A DNA stretch of 42,836 nucleotides from Gaiellales bacterium (GTDB taxonomy: Bacteria > Actinomycetota > Thermoleophilia > Gaiellales > JAICJC01), in assembly GCA_051955775.1 (NCBI GenBank), contig JBQCGJ010000244.1, positions 1 through 42,836 on the forward strand, given 5' to 3'. Shown here one piece after another: positions 1 through 9,403 of the stretch. The position numbers were made by a program, and so were the translations under genes. Position 1 is the first letter of the stretch; every line of letters begins with the position of its first letter. The notes beneath the pieces were generated by a model that saw only the letters and a program-made list of their open reading frames with translations, ran no database searches and had not been told where the DNA came from.

Positions 1-897
1 GCGGCGATCGCCTTCTCGCTTTCCATGCACAACGCGGTGGCCGCGGCGGTGTGCAGCGTGGGCGGGCAGGCGGCCGGCGACTGGGGCCGCTCGCTGGCGG
101 CCGGCGAGCGGCTGGGCGGGTTCTCGCTGACCGAGCCGCACGCGGGGTCGGACGCCACGGCGATCACGACGCGCGCGGTCGAGCGACCCGATGGGTGGCG
201 GGTGAGCGGGCGCAAGGCGTGGGTGTCGCTGGCAGGGGAGGCGGACGTGTTCCTCGTCGTGTGCCGGACCGGCGATGGGCGGGGTCATGCCGACGTCGCC
301 ATCGCCGCGGTCGAGCGCACCGCGTCCGGCGTGTCGTTCCCGCGGCTGTACGACAAGGCCGCGGCCGCCTTCCTGCCCATCGGCGAGATGCTGCTCGAGG
401 ACGCGCCGGCCCGCATGCTGGTACCGCCCGGCGCCGGAATGCGAGCTGCGCTGGCGGCCATCGACGTGGCCCGCTGCGACATCGCGGCGATCGCAGCCGG
501 CCTGCACGCCGAAGCGCTGGACGTGGCGCTGCGGTACGCCCGCGACCGCATGGCGTTCGGCGGGCGAGTGCTGGACTTCCAGGGCATCCGGTGGATGCTC
601 GCGGACGCGGCCACCGAGCTCGAGGCCAGCCGGCTGCTGTACGGTCGCGCGGCGGCCGCACTGGGCGGGCCGGAGGGCCCGGTGGCGGTGGCGCACGCAA
701 AGCGGTTCTGCCCCGACGCGGCGCTGCGCGCGGCGATCGCGTGCAGCGAGGTGCTGGGGGCGTACGGCTGGCTGCATGACCACCCGCTCGCGCGGTTCGT
801 GGCCGAGGCCAAGATGCTGCAGGTGGTGGACGGGACGACGGAGGTGCAGCGGGTTGTGATCAGCCGGGCGCTGGAGAAGCGGGCCGAGGACCTCTGA
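1..897 (+). CDS. Acyl-CoA dehydrogenase (5'-partial; frame is open from position 1)
   Basis: Motifs FSLTEPHAGSDA, G-x-K-x-W, R-x-x-FG, LGAYG and DGTTEVQR are typical of the ACAD family. Confidence 0.92.
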   Translation, partial: AAIAFSLSMHNAVAAAVCSVGGQAAGDWGRSLAAGERLGGFSLTEPHAGSDATAITTRAVERPDGWRVSGRKAWVSLAGEADVFLVVCRTGDGRGHADVAIAAVERTASGVSFPRLYDKAAAAFLPIGEMLLEDAPARMLVPPGAGMRAALAAIDVARCDIAAIAAGLHAEALDVALRYARDRMAFGGRVLDFQGIRWMLADAATELEASRLLYGRAAAALGGPEGPVAVAHAKRFCPDAALRAAIACSEVLGAYGWLHDHPLARFVAEAKMLQVVDGTTEVQRVVISRALEKRAEDL

Positions 898-911
898 TCA
901 AGCTCTCCCCA

Positions 912-1019
912 TGACAGGCGAGCGAAAGTCAAGCCTGGCACGGACGCCGGGAGCCCCGATATCGGAAATATCGGGGCGAACGAGGACACAGCCAGGCGCC
1001 GACTTGCAGCCGCCTGTCA
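912..1019. repeat. Nested imperfect palindrome, copy 1 of the TGGCAMGGA...GGACACAGCCA hairpin element; may also terminate the two convergent genes
   Basis: Stems 912-920/1011-1019, 926-930/1001-1005, 933-939/991-997 and 953-962/968-977. Confidence 0.75.
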
Positions 1020-1499
1020 GCCCGCAAAGTCCTCGGGGTTGACGTTCTCCAGAAACTGCTTGAACTCGTCGATCACCTCGGTGGCGTCCTCGGGCTCCTG
1101 GCCGAACTCGATCGCCGAGTCGTCCATCACCTCGTCGGCCACGAAGATCGGCGCCTCGGTGCGCACGGCCAGCGCCAGCGCGTCTGACGGCCGGGAGTCG
1201 ATCTCGATCTCCGAGCCGTTCACCTGCAGCGTGATGGACGCGTGGAACGTGTTCTCACGCAGCTCGGTCACGACCACCTTGGCCACCGTTGCGTTCAGCT
1301 CGGTCAGCATCGACGTCACCAGGTCATGGGTCATCGGCCGCGCGGTGGGCGTCCCCTGCAGCTTCATGAGGATGGCTGCGGCCTCGGGGTGACCGATCCA
1401 GATTGGCAGGAACCGGTTGCCGTCGAGCGTCCGCAGAAGGACGATGGGCTGCTTTCCGACCATGTCGAACGAGACCCCGTAGATCGTCATCTTCTGCAA
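1017..1499 (-). CDS. Bifunctional nuclease family protein (DUF151)
   Basis: Motifs LPIWIG, RPMTHDL and IDSRPSDALALA. TTG start chosen 7 nt after GAGGAGG (1507-1513). Confidence 0.9.
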   Translation of the reverse strand: MQKMTIYGVSFDMVGKQPIVLLRTLDGNRFLPIWIGHPEAAAILMKLQGTPTARPMTHDLVTSMLTELNATVAKVVVTELRENTFHASITLQVNGSEIEIDSRPSDALALAVRTEAPIFVADEVMDDSAIEFGQEPEDATEVIDEFKQFLENVNPEDFAG

Positions 1500-1519
1500 C
1501 GCCACACCTCCTCGGACCG

Positions 1520-1528
1520 ATTGTACCA
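1520..1528 (-). promoter_or_regulatory. Extended -10 element (TGG-TACAAT) for the DUF151 gene
   Basis: TGnTACAAT just upstream of the SD sequence. Confidence 0.6.
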
Positions 1529-1546
1529 AGGGGTGTAGCGGTGGCC

Positions 1547-2932
1547 TCAGGCCGCTGCTGCGGCCGCCGAGAGCACCGCCCGGACGTCCTCGGCAGACGT
1601 CCGGTGGCCCAGCACGCAGACCCTTGCCACCGTCTCCCCGCCCAGCACGGTGGTCGAGATGACGCCCCGCCCGGAGGCCGCCACAGCCTGCACCAGGCGA
1701 TCCGCCGGGAGCCCCTCGGAGGAGCGAAAGGTGACCACGCCGAGCCACGGCCCTGTGATCCGCTCGAGCCGCGGCGATCGCTCGATCTCCTCCGCCGCGA
1801 GCTCGGCCAGGTCGAGCCCCCGGTCCAGCGCGGCGGCCAGCCTGCGGAAGCCGAACGTGCGGATGGTCAGCCACACCTTGAGCGCGCGGAAGGGGCGGGT
1901 CAGCTCAGGGCCGCGGTCACTGAAATTGGTGCCGCCCAGCGAGTACGCGTCGTGCAGGTAGTCGGGGCGCACCGCGAACGTGCGCTCCAGCAGGCCGGGC
2001 CGGCGCACGAACACGATGCCGGCAGTGATCGGCACGAACAGCGACTTGTGGGCGTCGAGCACCAGCGAGTCGGCCAGCTCCAGACTTGGCATCAACCGCC
2101 GCCCGCGCTCGGTGAGGGCCAGGAACCCGCCGTAGGCCCCGTCGACGTGCAGCCACATGCCGTGTCGACGGCAAACCCTGGCCAGCTCCTGGACGTCGTC
2201 CACGGCTCCGGTGCTGGTGGCGCCGGCGGCTGCGATCACGCACCACGGCACGCGGCCGGCTGCGCGATCGGCGGACGCCGCCTGGTCCAGCAGGTCAGGA
2301 CGCAGCCTGTAGCCGTCGTCAAGCTCGATCTGCGTGGCGGCGGGAACGCCCAGCAGACTGAGCGCCCGGCCCACGGACGAGTGCGCCTGGCCCGACGTAT
2401 AGGCGACCCGATCCGGCTCGCCGGGCAGATGGGAGTCGCGGGCAGCGGCCAGACCGACGAGGTTGGCCATCGAGCCGCCGGACTGCAGAACTCCCTCGGC
2501 GTCCGGGTCGAGCCCAAGCTGGTCGCGGATCCAGCCCAGGGTCGCGAGCTCGAGCACGGCCGCACCTGGGCCCCCCTGCCATGATCCGGCGAAGACGTTG
2601 GCACCCGACGCGGCGAAGTCGGCCACCGCACCGGGGAAGGTCGGGTGGTTGGGAATGTAGGCCAGCATCCCGGGGTGGTCGGCGCGGATCCCGCACCCGA
2701 TGACGGCGCCGACCGCCTGCCGCAGCAGCGCCACGGGATCCTCGCCCTCGGCGGGCGCGGGGCCGCCCAGCACCGACCACAGCACGTCGGGATCGGGGGG
2801 CGCATAGGCGGGGCGGCGGCCGATGCCGGTCATGTGCTCGACCATCAGGTCAACCGCCGCGTAGCCGAGCGCTCGCATCTGTTCCGCCGAGAGGTCGAGC
2901 GCGGAGGCCTCGTCGCCGGGAGGGGAAGACAC
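1547..2932 (-). CDS. Group II PLP-dependent decarboxylase (aromatic-L-amino-acid/glutamate decarboxylase-like)
   Basis: Motifs SGGSMAN, AHSSV, WLHVDGAYGG, DAHK (PLP lysine) and RALKVW. Confidence 0.9.
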   Translation of the reverse strand: MSSPPGDEASALDLSAEQMRALGYAAVDLMVEHMTGIGRRPAYAPPDPDVLWSVLGGPAPAEGEDPVALLRQAVGAVIGCGIRADHPGMLAYIPNHPTFPGAVADFAASGANVFAGSWQGGPGAAVLELATLGWIRDQLGLDPDAEGVLQSGGSMANLVGLAAARDSHLPGEPDRVAYTSGQAHSSVGRALSLLGVPAATQIELDDGYRLRPDLLDQAASADRAAGRVPWCVIAAAGATSTGAVDDVQELARVCRRHGMWLHVDGAYGGFLALTERGRRLMPSLELADSLVLDAHKSLFVPITAGIVFVRRPGLLERTFAVRPDYLHDAYSLGGTNFSDRGPELTRPFRALKVWLTIRTFGFRRLAAALDRGLDLAELAAEEIERSPRLERITGPWLGVVTFRSSEGLPADRLVQAVAASGRGVISTTVLGGETVARVCVLGHRTSAEDVRAVLSAAAAAA

Positions 2933-2933
2933 A

Positions 2934-3007
<74 letters not shown>

Positions 3008-3016
3008 GGCCGCGTG

Positions 3017-3025
3017 AGAATAGCA
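3017..3025 (-). promoter_or_regulatory. Extended -10 (TGC-TATTCT) with GC-rich discriminator for tRNA-Ile
   Basis: TGnTATTCT 9 nt upstream of the mature tRNA 5' end. Confidence 0.6.
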
Positions 3026-3085
3026 GTCTGGAAGACGGGATTCGCGGGTGTGCGCGACCAGAATGGAGATGGTTGAAACCGCGTC

Positions 3086-3213
3086 CTAAGGCGCCGTATG
3101 CGTGTCCGGTGGCAAGGATCGAGCAGCGGGCGGCGCGAAGGCGTGGCTAAGACCCACGTCGAGCGTCGCCCGCTGCGTGGGACACAGCCACCGGGCGCGC
3201 AGGCAAGCCTTAG
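3086..3213. ncRNA. 128-nt rod-like hairpin, copy 2 of the shared hairpin element (candidate structured RNA or REP-like repeat)
   Basis: Stems 3086-3092/3207-3213, 3099-3113/3187-3201, 3123-3136/3163-3176 and 3142-3146/3154-3158; three G-U pairs on the + strand. Confidence 0.6.
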
Positions 3214-4091
3214 TCGGCCCAGCTGACGCGTTCCGCACGTAACTGATCAATGATCCGGCCCAGCTCGGCGGTGGAGGAAAAGTGCAGCTCCACCCGGCCT
3301 CCCCGCGGGCCCGATCGCACGCTCGCCCGCAGTCCCAGAGATTGCCAGGCGGCGTCCACGGCCAGGTTGGCGAGCTCCTGGTCGAGCGCCTGCGTCGCTG
3401 TCGCACGCCGGGGAGTGGTCTTACCGGTCGCCTTGGCCGCCGCCTCCGTCTGCCGCACCGAGAGCCCGCGGGCCAGCACCCGCCGCGCAAGCTGGAGGCG
3501 GCCGTCCTGATCGGACACCTGCAGGATCGCGCGTCCGTGCCCCTCGCTGAGGTCGCCTCTGGCGACCATCTCCAGCACCTCGTCGGGCAGCTCCAGCAGT
3601 CGCAGCGTATTGGCCACTGCGGCCCGGCTCTTGCCCAGCCGGCGCGCGATCTCGGTCTGTGTGAGGTCGAGCTCATCGGCCAGCACGGCAAACGCCCGCG
3701 CCTGCTCCAGCGGGTTCAGATCCTCGCGGGCGACGTTCTCGGCCAGCGCCAGGATCAGGCTCTCGCGCTCGTCCGTCTGCCGGACGACGGCCGGGATCGT
3801 GCGCAGCCCGGCCTGGCGCGCCGCTCTCCACCGCCGCTCGCCGGCCACGATCTCGTACCCAGGCTCGACCTCGCGGACGAGGATGGGCTGCACCACGCCC
3901 TCTGCAGTGATCGATTCGGCCAGCCGGCCGATGGCCTCTTCGTCGAAGTCCCGCCGCGGCTGCTTGGGGTTCGGGCGGATCTGCGACAGCTCGAGATCGA
4001 TCAGCGACACCTGGCCGCTGGGGAACTCCGCCACCAGGGCCGCCAGGCCCCGGCCGAGTCCGCGCCGCGGCGGCGGCGGGGTGTCAGCCAC
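3210..4091 (-). CDS. parB: Chromosome partitioning protein ParB
   Basis: N-terminal LGRGL, QPRR, GERRWRA CTPase box, ENVAREDL, HTH; GTG start overlaps the parA end. Confidence 0.95.
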   Translation of the reverse strand: MADTPPPPRRGLGRGLAALVAEFPSGQVSLIDLELSQIRPNPKQPRRDFDEEAIGRLAESITAEGVVQPILVREVEPGYEIVAGERRWRAARQAGLRTIPAVVRQTDERESLILALAENVAREDLNPLEQARAFAVLADELDLTQTEIARRLGKSRAAVANTLRLLELPDEVLEMVARGDLSEGHGRAILQVSDQDGRLQLARRVLARGLSVRQTEAAAKATGKTTPRRATATQALDQELANLAVDAAWQSLGLRASVRSGPRGGRVELHFSSTAELGRIIDQLRAERVSWAD

Positions 4092-4845
4092 GCTCCACCA
4101 CTTCCAGCGCGACCCGGTAGTACGCGTCCGCACCGGCCGACCGGGAGTCGTAGCGGTTGATCGGCACACCGTGGCTGGGCGCCTCGGCCAGCCGCACCGA
4201 GCGCGGCACGACCGTGTCGAACACCAGATCGCCGAAGTGGGATCGGACCTCGTCCACGACGTCGCTGGAGAGCTTCGTTCGTCCGTCGAACATGGTCAGC
4301 AGCACTCCCGTCAGTCCCAGTCGCGGATTGAGCCGCGTCCGCACCAGCTCCACGCTCTGCAGCAGCTGTGCGAGTCCTTCCAGCGCATAGTACTCACACT
4401 GTACCGGCACAATCAGGCGATTTGCAGCCGAAAGCGCGTTCACGGTGAGCAGTCCGAGCGAGGGTGGGCAGTCGACGAAGACGTACGGATAGCGCTGCTC
4501 GGTGCCGACCAGCAGGTCGCGCAGCAGCGTGCCATGGTCCGCGCGCCGCGGAAGCTCGACCTGAGCGGCGGCCAGATCGGGATGCGACGGCGCCAGGAAC
4601 AGGTTCGGCACGCTGGTCTCGATCACCACTTCGTCCAGTGGCCGGCCATGCAGCAGGTCGTAGGTGCTCGCCTCGAGTTCGTCGGGGCGCAGGCCGAGGC
4701 CGGTGGTGGCGTTGGCCTGGGGATCGAGGTCGATGAGCAGGACCGGAGTCCCGGCCTCGGCCAGGCAGGCGGCCATGTTGATCGCCGTCGTCGTCTTGCC
4801 AACCCCACCCTTCTGGTTCGCAAGCGCATACACCCGCGTGCTCAC
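4084..4845 (-). CDS. parA: ParA/Soj ATPase
   Basis: Motifs NQKGGVGKTTT, DLDPQAN, DCPPSLG and QCEYYALEG; TACCAT 7 nt before the GTG. Confidence 0.96.
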   Translation of the reverse strand: MSTRVYALANQKGGVGKTTTAINMAACLAEAGTPVLLIDLDPQANATTGLGLRPDELEASTYDLLHGRPLDEVVIETSVPNLFLAPSHPDLAAAQVELPRRADHGTLLRDLLVGTEQRYPYVFVDCPPSLGLLTVNALSAANRLIVPVQCEYYALEGLAQLLQSVELVRTRLNPRLGLTGVLLTMFDGRTKLSSDVVDEVRSHFGDLVFDTVVPRSVRLAEAPSHGVPINRYDSRSAGADAYYRVALEVVERG

Positions 4846-4862
4846 GCGCCCGATGGTAGCGA

Positions 4863-5477
4863 TCACGGCGGACGCCGCCGGGCCTGTCCGGCCCGGCGCG
4901 GGAACCGCTCGGGGGTCGGCCCGAGCTTGCGCAGCAGGGCCAGCGATCGCGCCCCTTCAGTGGGGACGACCTCGGCCAATTCGCCCGCGACAAGCGCTGC
5001 CGTCGCGGACAGCGACCCGGGTTCGAGGTTGGCCGTCCACAGGATGACGTGGCCCGAGGGGCGGACGAGCGGGAGGCACAACTCGGCGGCCGCCGGCGGA
5101 GGGGCAAGCGCTCGCGCGAGGGCGAGATCGAATGCGTCCCGGCCCGAACCTCGGGCCAGGGTCTCGGACCGCTCGTGCACCACCTCGCAGTCCAGCTCGA
5201 GCGCGCGCGCCGTCTCGCGGAGAAACCGAGCCCTGGCGTCCCGCGACTCGACCAGGATCAGGCGAATGCCGGTGGCGATCGCCAGCGGAATGCCCGGCGA
5301 TCCACCGCCGGACCCGACGTCCACCATGCACCCCGGAGCCAACCGCTCGACCAACGGCAGCGCGGTCAGCGGATCATCGACGTGGACTCGACGCAGCTCG
5401 GTGGGATCGCGGACCGAGGTGACGCCCACGGGCGCACCGGCCAGCAGCCGGCAGTACTCCGCCAGCAGGTGTTTCAC
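4863..5477 (-). CDS. rsmG: 16S rRNA m7G527 methyltransferase
   Basis: DVGSGGGSPG SAM motif, ARA motif, conserved position between jag and parA. Confidence 0.93.
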   Translation of the reverse strand: MKHLLAEYCRLLAGAPVGVTSVRDPTELRRVHVDDPLTALPLVERLAPGCMVDVGSGGGSPGIPLAIATGIRLILVESRDARARFLRETARALELDCEVVHERSETLARGSGRDAFDLALARALAPPPAAAELCLPLVRPSGHVILWTANLEPGSLSATAALVAGELAEVVPTEGARSLALLRKLGPTPERFPRRAGQARRRPP

Positions 5478-5485
5478 GTTTTACA
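5470..5485. promoter_or_regulatory. Degenerate parS site (TGTTTCACGTTTTACA)
   Basis: 13/16 match to TGTTTCACGTGAAACA; spans the jag stop and rsmG start. Confidence 0.6.
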
Positions 5486-6188
5486 CCTGGCTGGCGTCGG
5501 GCAGCACGACGACGTGCCGGTTGGGCTCGACGCCGTCGCTCTCCGTGCGGACGCCGGCGAACTCCTTCAGCCGCAGATGGATGATCTTGCGCTCGACCGA
5601 GGTCATCGGCTCCAGCTCGACGGACGCGCCGGTGCGCCGGGCCTCGGCTGCCGCCTTGACCGCCACGTCGTGCAGCATCCGCGCGCGACGTTCCCGGTAC
5701 CCCTGGGCGTCAACCACGACCTCCACGTCCTCGCCCCGGCGATGCATGACCGCGTTGGCCAGGTACTGCAGAGCGTCGATGGTCTGACCGTGTCGGCCGA
5801 TCAGAATTCCGAGATCATCTCCGGTCACGGTGGCCACGAGCTCGCCGTCGTTTTGCCTGACGGCCACGCGCCCGCGGACGCCGGTGGCGTCGAGCACCCG
5901 CTCCATCAGCTCGCGCAGCCGGCGGGCCGCGGGGCTCTCATCGGACGGAGGAGCCGGCGCCGGCCCGGCGGCGTCCTGCAGGGCCGGCGGATCGCTGAGC
6001 ACCGCCACCACTCGTGCCGGTTCGTACCCGACGCCGAGCAGGCCGCGCGCGCCCTCTGCGACGACCTGGAACTCCACCGCGCTGCGATCCAGGCCCGGGA
6101 ACCGCCGCTCCAGTTCATGCAGCGCCGACCACCGCGCCTCCCCGACGGTGTCGCCGGTGGCCTCGATCCGCACCGGCTCCCCGGTCAT
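5481..6188 (-). CDS. jag: Jag/EloR/KhpB RNA-binding protein (Jag_N, KH, R3H)
   Basis: GLLGVG, LIGRHGQTIDALQYL and ERKIIH motifs; ATGA overlap with yidC. Confidence 0.93.
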   Translation of the reverse strand: MTGEPVRIEATGDTVGEARWSALHELERRFPGLDRSAVEFQVVAEGARGLLGVGYEPARVVAVLSDPPALQDAAGPAPAPPSDESPAARRLRELMERVLDATGVRGRVAVRQNDGELVATVTGDDLGILIGRHGQTIDALQYLANAVMHRRGEDVEVVVDAQGYRERRARMLHDVAVKAAAEARRTGASVELEPMTSVERKIIHLRLKEFAGVRTESDGVEPNRHVVVLPDASQV

Positions 6189-7012
6189 CGCCGCCGCCCT
6201 CCGGTGCGGGTCCGTTGACCCTTCCCGCGGCCGCCGCCGCCGCCCCGCTTCGGTGTCGGCTTGGCGCCGTTTCCGCCCTTCCCCGGGCCCTTGCCTCCTC
6301 CGCCCTTTTTCTCCTGCAGATGCGGGAAGTGGTGACCCATTCGCTGTTTGATCACGCCCTGCTGCCCGATCGTCCACAGGTTGGTGGTGATCCAGTAGAT
6401 GCCGACGCCGGCAGGCACGCGGATGATGAAGAACACGAAGAACACCGACATGGCCGCGAACATGTACTTCTGCTGCTTGTCGGTGACGAACGAGAACAGC
6501 AGGGTCGAACCCAGCATGGAGGCCAGGTAGATGATCACCATGATGTACTCGGTGGGCCCGCCGATGGTGCCGAGGTTGTGGAAGATGTTATCGATGCCCA
6601 GGAACGACGGGCTGCCCGGTGGCGGCGGGTTCTGGTGCGCGAAGTTGGTCAGCACCCGGTACAGCCCGATGAACACCGGGATCTGGAACACCATCGGCAG
6701 GCAGGAGGCAAACGGGTTGACGTTGTGCTCCTTGTAGAGCGCCATCAACTCCTGCTGCATCTGCTGCTTGTCCTCGCGGGCGGTCTTGCCCTTGTACTTG
6801 TTTTGCAGCGCCTTGACCTTGGGCTGGATGGCCTGCATGGCCGCCATCGAGCGAAGCTGCTTGATCGTCAGCGGAAGGATCGCGACGCGCACCGTGATGG
6901 TCAGCAGGATGATCGCCAGACCCCAGTTGCCGACCCAGCTGTGGTAGGTCGTGAGCAGCGACTCGAGGACGCTTTTGATCTGGTCCCAGACGATGATGTC
7001 GTGGAAGATCAT
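6185..7012 (-). CDS. yidC: Membrane protein insertase YidC
   Basis: [26 protein letters not shown] and IYWIT motifs; basic Gly-rich C-terminal tail. Confidence 0.95.
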   Translation of the reverse strand: MIFHDIIVWDQIKSVLESLLTTYHSWVGNWGLAIILLTITVRVAILPLTIKQLRSMAAMQAIQPKVKALQNKYKGKTAREDKQQMQQELMALYKEHNVNPFASCLPMVFQIPVFIGLYRVLTNFAHQNPPPPGSPSFLGIDNIFHNLGTIGGPTEYIMVIIYLASMLGSTLLFSFVTDKQQKYMFAAMSVFFVFFIIRVPAGVGIYWITTNLWTIGQQGVIKQRMGHHFPHLQEKKGGGGKGPGKGGNGAKPTPKRGGGGGRGKGQRTRTGGRRR

Positions 7013-7242
7013 GGTCGCCGCACGGGGTCGTATCCACCCTTCGACCAGGGGTTGCAGCGCAGCAGGCGCCACGTCGCCATGGCCAGGCCGCGCAGCGGGC
7101 CATGGGCGTGGATGGCGTCCTCGGCATAGTGCGAGCAGGTGGGCTCGTACTTGCACACCCTGGGCGTCACCGAGGTCATGCTCGCGAACGGGATCATCGC
7201 GGTGCGCACCAGGCGCAGCATCCAGATCACCAGCCTGGTCAT
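7009..7242 (-). CDS. yidD: Membrane protein insertion efficiency factor
   Basis: [10 protein letters not shown] and [14 protein letters not shown] motifs. Confidence 0.94.
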   Translation of the reverse strand: MTRLVIWMLRLVRTAMIPFASMTSVTPRVCKYEPTCSHYAEDAIHAHGPLRGLAMATWRLLRCNPWSKGGYDPVRRP

Positions 7243-7619
7243 TCCTCCGCCGCCTCCCGCAGCAGGCCGGCCACCTGATCGCACAACCAATCGAACCCCT
7301 GGGCCTCAGCCGCCGCCGCCAGGCCCGGACGGGCGATCACGACGTAGTCGGTCGAGTCCGCCAGCAGATCCGGGTGGCGGTCGACCGCCTCCCGCAGGCG
7401 GCGCTTGACGGCGTTGCGGTCGACGGCGCCGCCCACCTTGCGCGGCACCGCGAACCCGACCCGGGCGGTGCCGGGTCGCTCTCTGCGGCGGTACCGCAGG
7501 GTGACGTAGCGGCCGCCCACGGATCTCCCGAGCTGGGCCACCGCCTCGAACTCGGCAGCGCGCGACAGCCTCCCGCGGCGTGGCGGCGGTGACACGGCCC
7601 TTGCTGAATCGGCCGGCAC
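7239..7619 (-). CDS. rnpA: RNase P protein component
   Basis: [25 protein letters not shown]; exact start uncertain. Confidence 0.93.
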   Translation of the reverse strand: MPADSARAVSPPPRRGRLSRAAEFEAVAQLGRSVGGRYVTLRYRRRERPGTARVGFAVPRKVGGAVDRNAVKRRLREAVDRHPDLLADSTDYVVIARPGLAAAAEAQGFDWLCDQVAGLLREAAEE

Positions 7620-7629
7620 TCGCGCCTCG

Positions 7630-7764
7630 CTACGCGGAGAGCCGCTTTCGGCCCTTGGCGCGGCGACGCTTCAACACCGCCCGACCGGCGCGGGTACTCA
7701 TGCGCTTGCGGAACCCGTGCGTCTTCGAGCGCTTGCGCGTGTTGGGCTGATACGTGCGCTTCAT
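7630..7764 (-). CDS. rpmH: 50S ribosomal protein L34
   Basis: [22 protein letters not shown]; TATACT at 7777-7782 upstream. Confidence 0.98.
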   Translation of the reverse strand: MKRTYQPNTRKRSKTHGFRKRMSTRAGRAVLKRRRAKGRKRLSA

Positions 7765-7820
7765 CGGCCGGCGGTCAGTATAGAGCAGCCGTCGATGGTC
7801 ACCCACCGCACCGATTTCGC

Positions 7821-7944
7821 TGTGGATTGCGGCGACCGGGCTGACGGTAGACCGGGACCTGAAAGACGCCGGAAACCGCGACATTCGGAGCCCAACCAGC
7901 GAGCCGGAAACGCTTTCCACAGGCGTGGACAAGTGTGTGGACAG
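7821..7944. promoter_or_regulatory. DnaA-box cluster upstream of dnaA
   Basis: Near matches to TT(G/A)TCCACA: 7821-7829, CTTTCCACA 7913-7921, TTGTCCACG 7924-7932(-), CTGTCCACA 7936-7944(-). Confidence 0.7.
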
Positions 7945-8044
7945 CGGAGAAAAATGCCTGCAAATCAGCGTGAAATCGGAAGGTCCCTTGGCAACCTCAC
8001 CAGGGGCGGCGCGATGTTCCCAGGCGCGTTACACTCGTCCCCCC

Positions 8045-9403
8045 ATGACCTCCCCCGACGCCCCAACCGAGACCTGGGAGCGGATCGCTGCCAAGCTCCG
8101 CGAGGCCCTGAACGCCGGCACCTACGGCAAGTGGTTCGGGATGGCCGAGGCGCTCGAGGAATCGGGCGACCGGCTGGTCGTGGGCGTTCCCAACGAGTTC
8201 ACCAAGACCTGGATCGAAGGACACTTCGGGAGCCTCCTGGACGCCGCCGCAGCCGAGCAGGAGATGATCGTCGAGCTGCGTGTGGCGGTGTCCGAGGCGG
8301 CCGCCGCCGCGCGCGCCGAACAGTCCGCCGCCGACCCCGCCCATCCGGGTCTCCGCGAGCCCGCGCGCACCGATCCCCGGCTCAACCCGCGGTACACATT
8401 CGACGTGTTTGTGATCGGTCCGAGCAACCGCTTCGCGCACGCCGCGGCGCTGGCTGTGGCGGAGTCGCCGGCCCAGGCCTACAACCCTCTGTTCATCCAT
8501 GGTTCGACCGGCCTGGGGAAAACCCACCTCCTGCAGGCGATTGGTCAGTACGTTGTGCAGCAGCACGCAGCACTGAATGTGCGGTACGTGACCACCGAGA
8601 CGCTGATGAACGAGTTTGTGGATGCTTTGCGGGAAAAAAAGGTCGTGGCATTCAAACACCGCTATAGGACAGCGGACATTCTGCTCGTCGACGACATCCA
8701 ATTCCTCGAAGGCAAAGAGAACCTCCAGGAGGAGTTTTTCCACACCTTCAACAGCCTGTACGAGGCTGGAAAACAGATTGTGATCGCGTGCGACCGGGCG
8801 CCCAAGAAGCTTGCGACGCTCGAGGAGCGCCTGCGCACCAGGTTCGAATGGGGTCTGACCACCGACGTGCAGCCGCCCGACGTGGAGACCCGGATTGCAA
8901 TCCTCCGCAAGAAGGTCATCACCGAGGACCTCGACGTCTCCGATCCCGAGGTGCTGACGTTCATCGCCGACCGAGTGACCACCAACATCCGCGAGCTCGA
9001 GGGCGCGCTGACCCGGGTGATCGCCTATGCGTCGCTGACGGGCCGGCCGATCTCGGCCGAGGTCGCCCGTGAGGTGCTCAAGGACATGTTCCCCGACGGC
9101 GCCGCCCGGCCGATCACCATCGAGCAGATCCAGGCCGCGGTGTGCGAGGCATTCCGGGTCAGCATGGCCGATCTCAAGGGCGACAAGCGAAGCCAGGACA
9201 TCGTCTACCCGCGACAGGTGGCCATGTACCTCGCGCGGGAGCTGACAGACCTCTCGCTGCCCAAGATCGGCGCCAAGTTCGGCGGCCGCGACCATTCCAC
9301 CGTGATCCACGCCAAGGACAAGATCTCCAAGCTCCTCAACGAGGACCGGGAGGCCTTCAACCTGGTGCAGGACCTCACCCTCCGCATCAAGCAGTCCCGG
9401 TGA
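8045..9403 (+). CDS. dnaA: Chromosomal replication initiator DnaA
   Basis: [10 protein letters not shown] Walker [33 protein letters not shown]; ATG chosen 9 nt after TACACT. Confidence 0.98.
   Translation: MTSPDAPTETWERIAAKLREALNAGTYGKWFGMAEALEESGDRLVVGVPNEFTKTWIEGHFGSLLDAAAAEQEMIVELRVAVSEAAAAARAEQSAADPAHPGLREPARTDPRLNPRYTFDVFVIGPSNRFAHAAALAVAESPAQAYNPLFIHGSTGLGKTHLLQAIGQYVVQQHAALNVRYVTTETLMNEFVDALREKKVVAFKHRYRTADILLVDDIQFLEGKENLQEEFFHTFNSLYEAGKQIVIACDRAPKKLATLEERLRTRFEWGLTTDVQPPDVETRIAILRKKVITEDLDVSDPEVLTFIADRVTTNIRELEGALTRVIAYASLTGRPISAEVAREVLKDMFPDGAARPITIEQIQAAVCEAFRVSMADLKGDKRSQDIVYPRQVAMYLARELTDLSLPKIGAKFGGRDHSTVIHAKDKISKLLNEDREAFNLVQDLTLRIKQSR

Noticed and set aside
3110-3125. Sigma54-like TGGCA-N-GC in the hairpin motif
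   Set aside because: No TTGC -12 element in either copy and no downstream + strand gene
3142-3162. CGTGG-CTAAGAC-CCACG resembling a pistol ribozyme P1
   Set aside because: The following A-rich linker and the P2/P3 core are absent
7868-7911. Direct repeat GCCGGAAAC x2 in the rpmH-dnaA spacer
   Set aside because: Only two 9-mers; cannot be distinguished from chance
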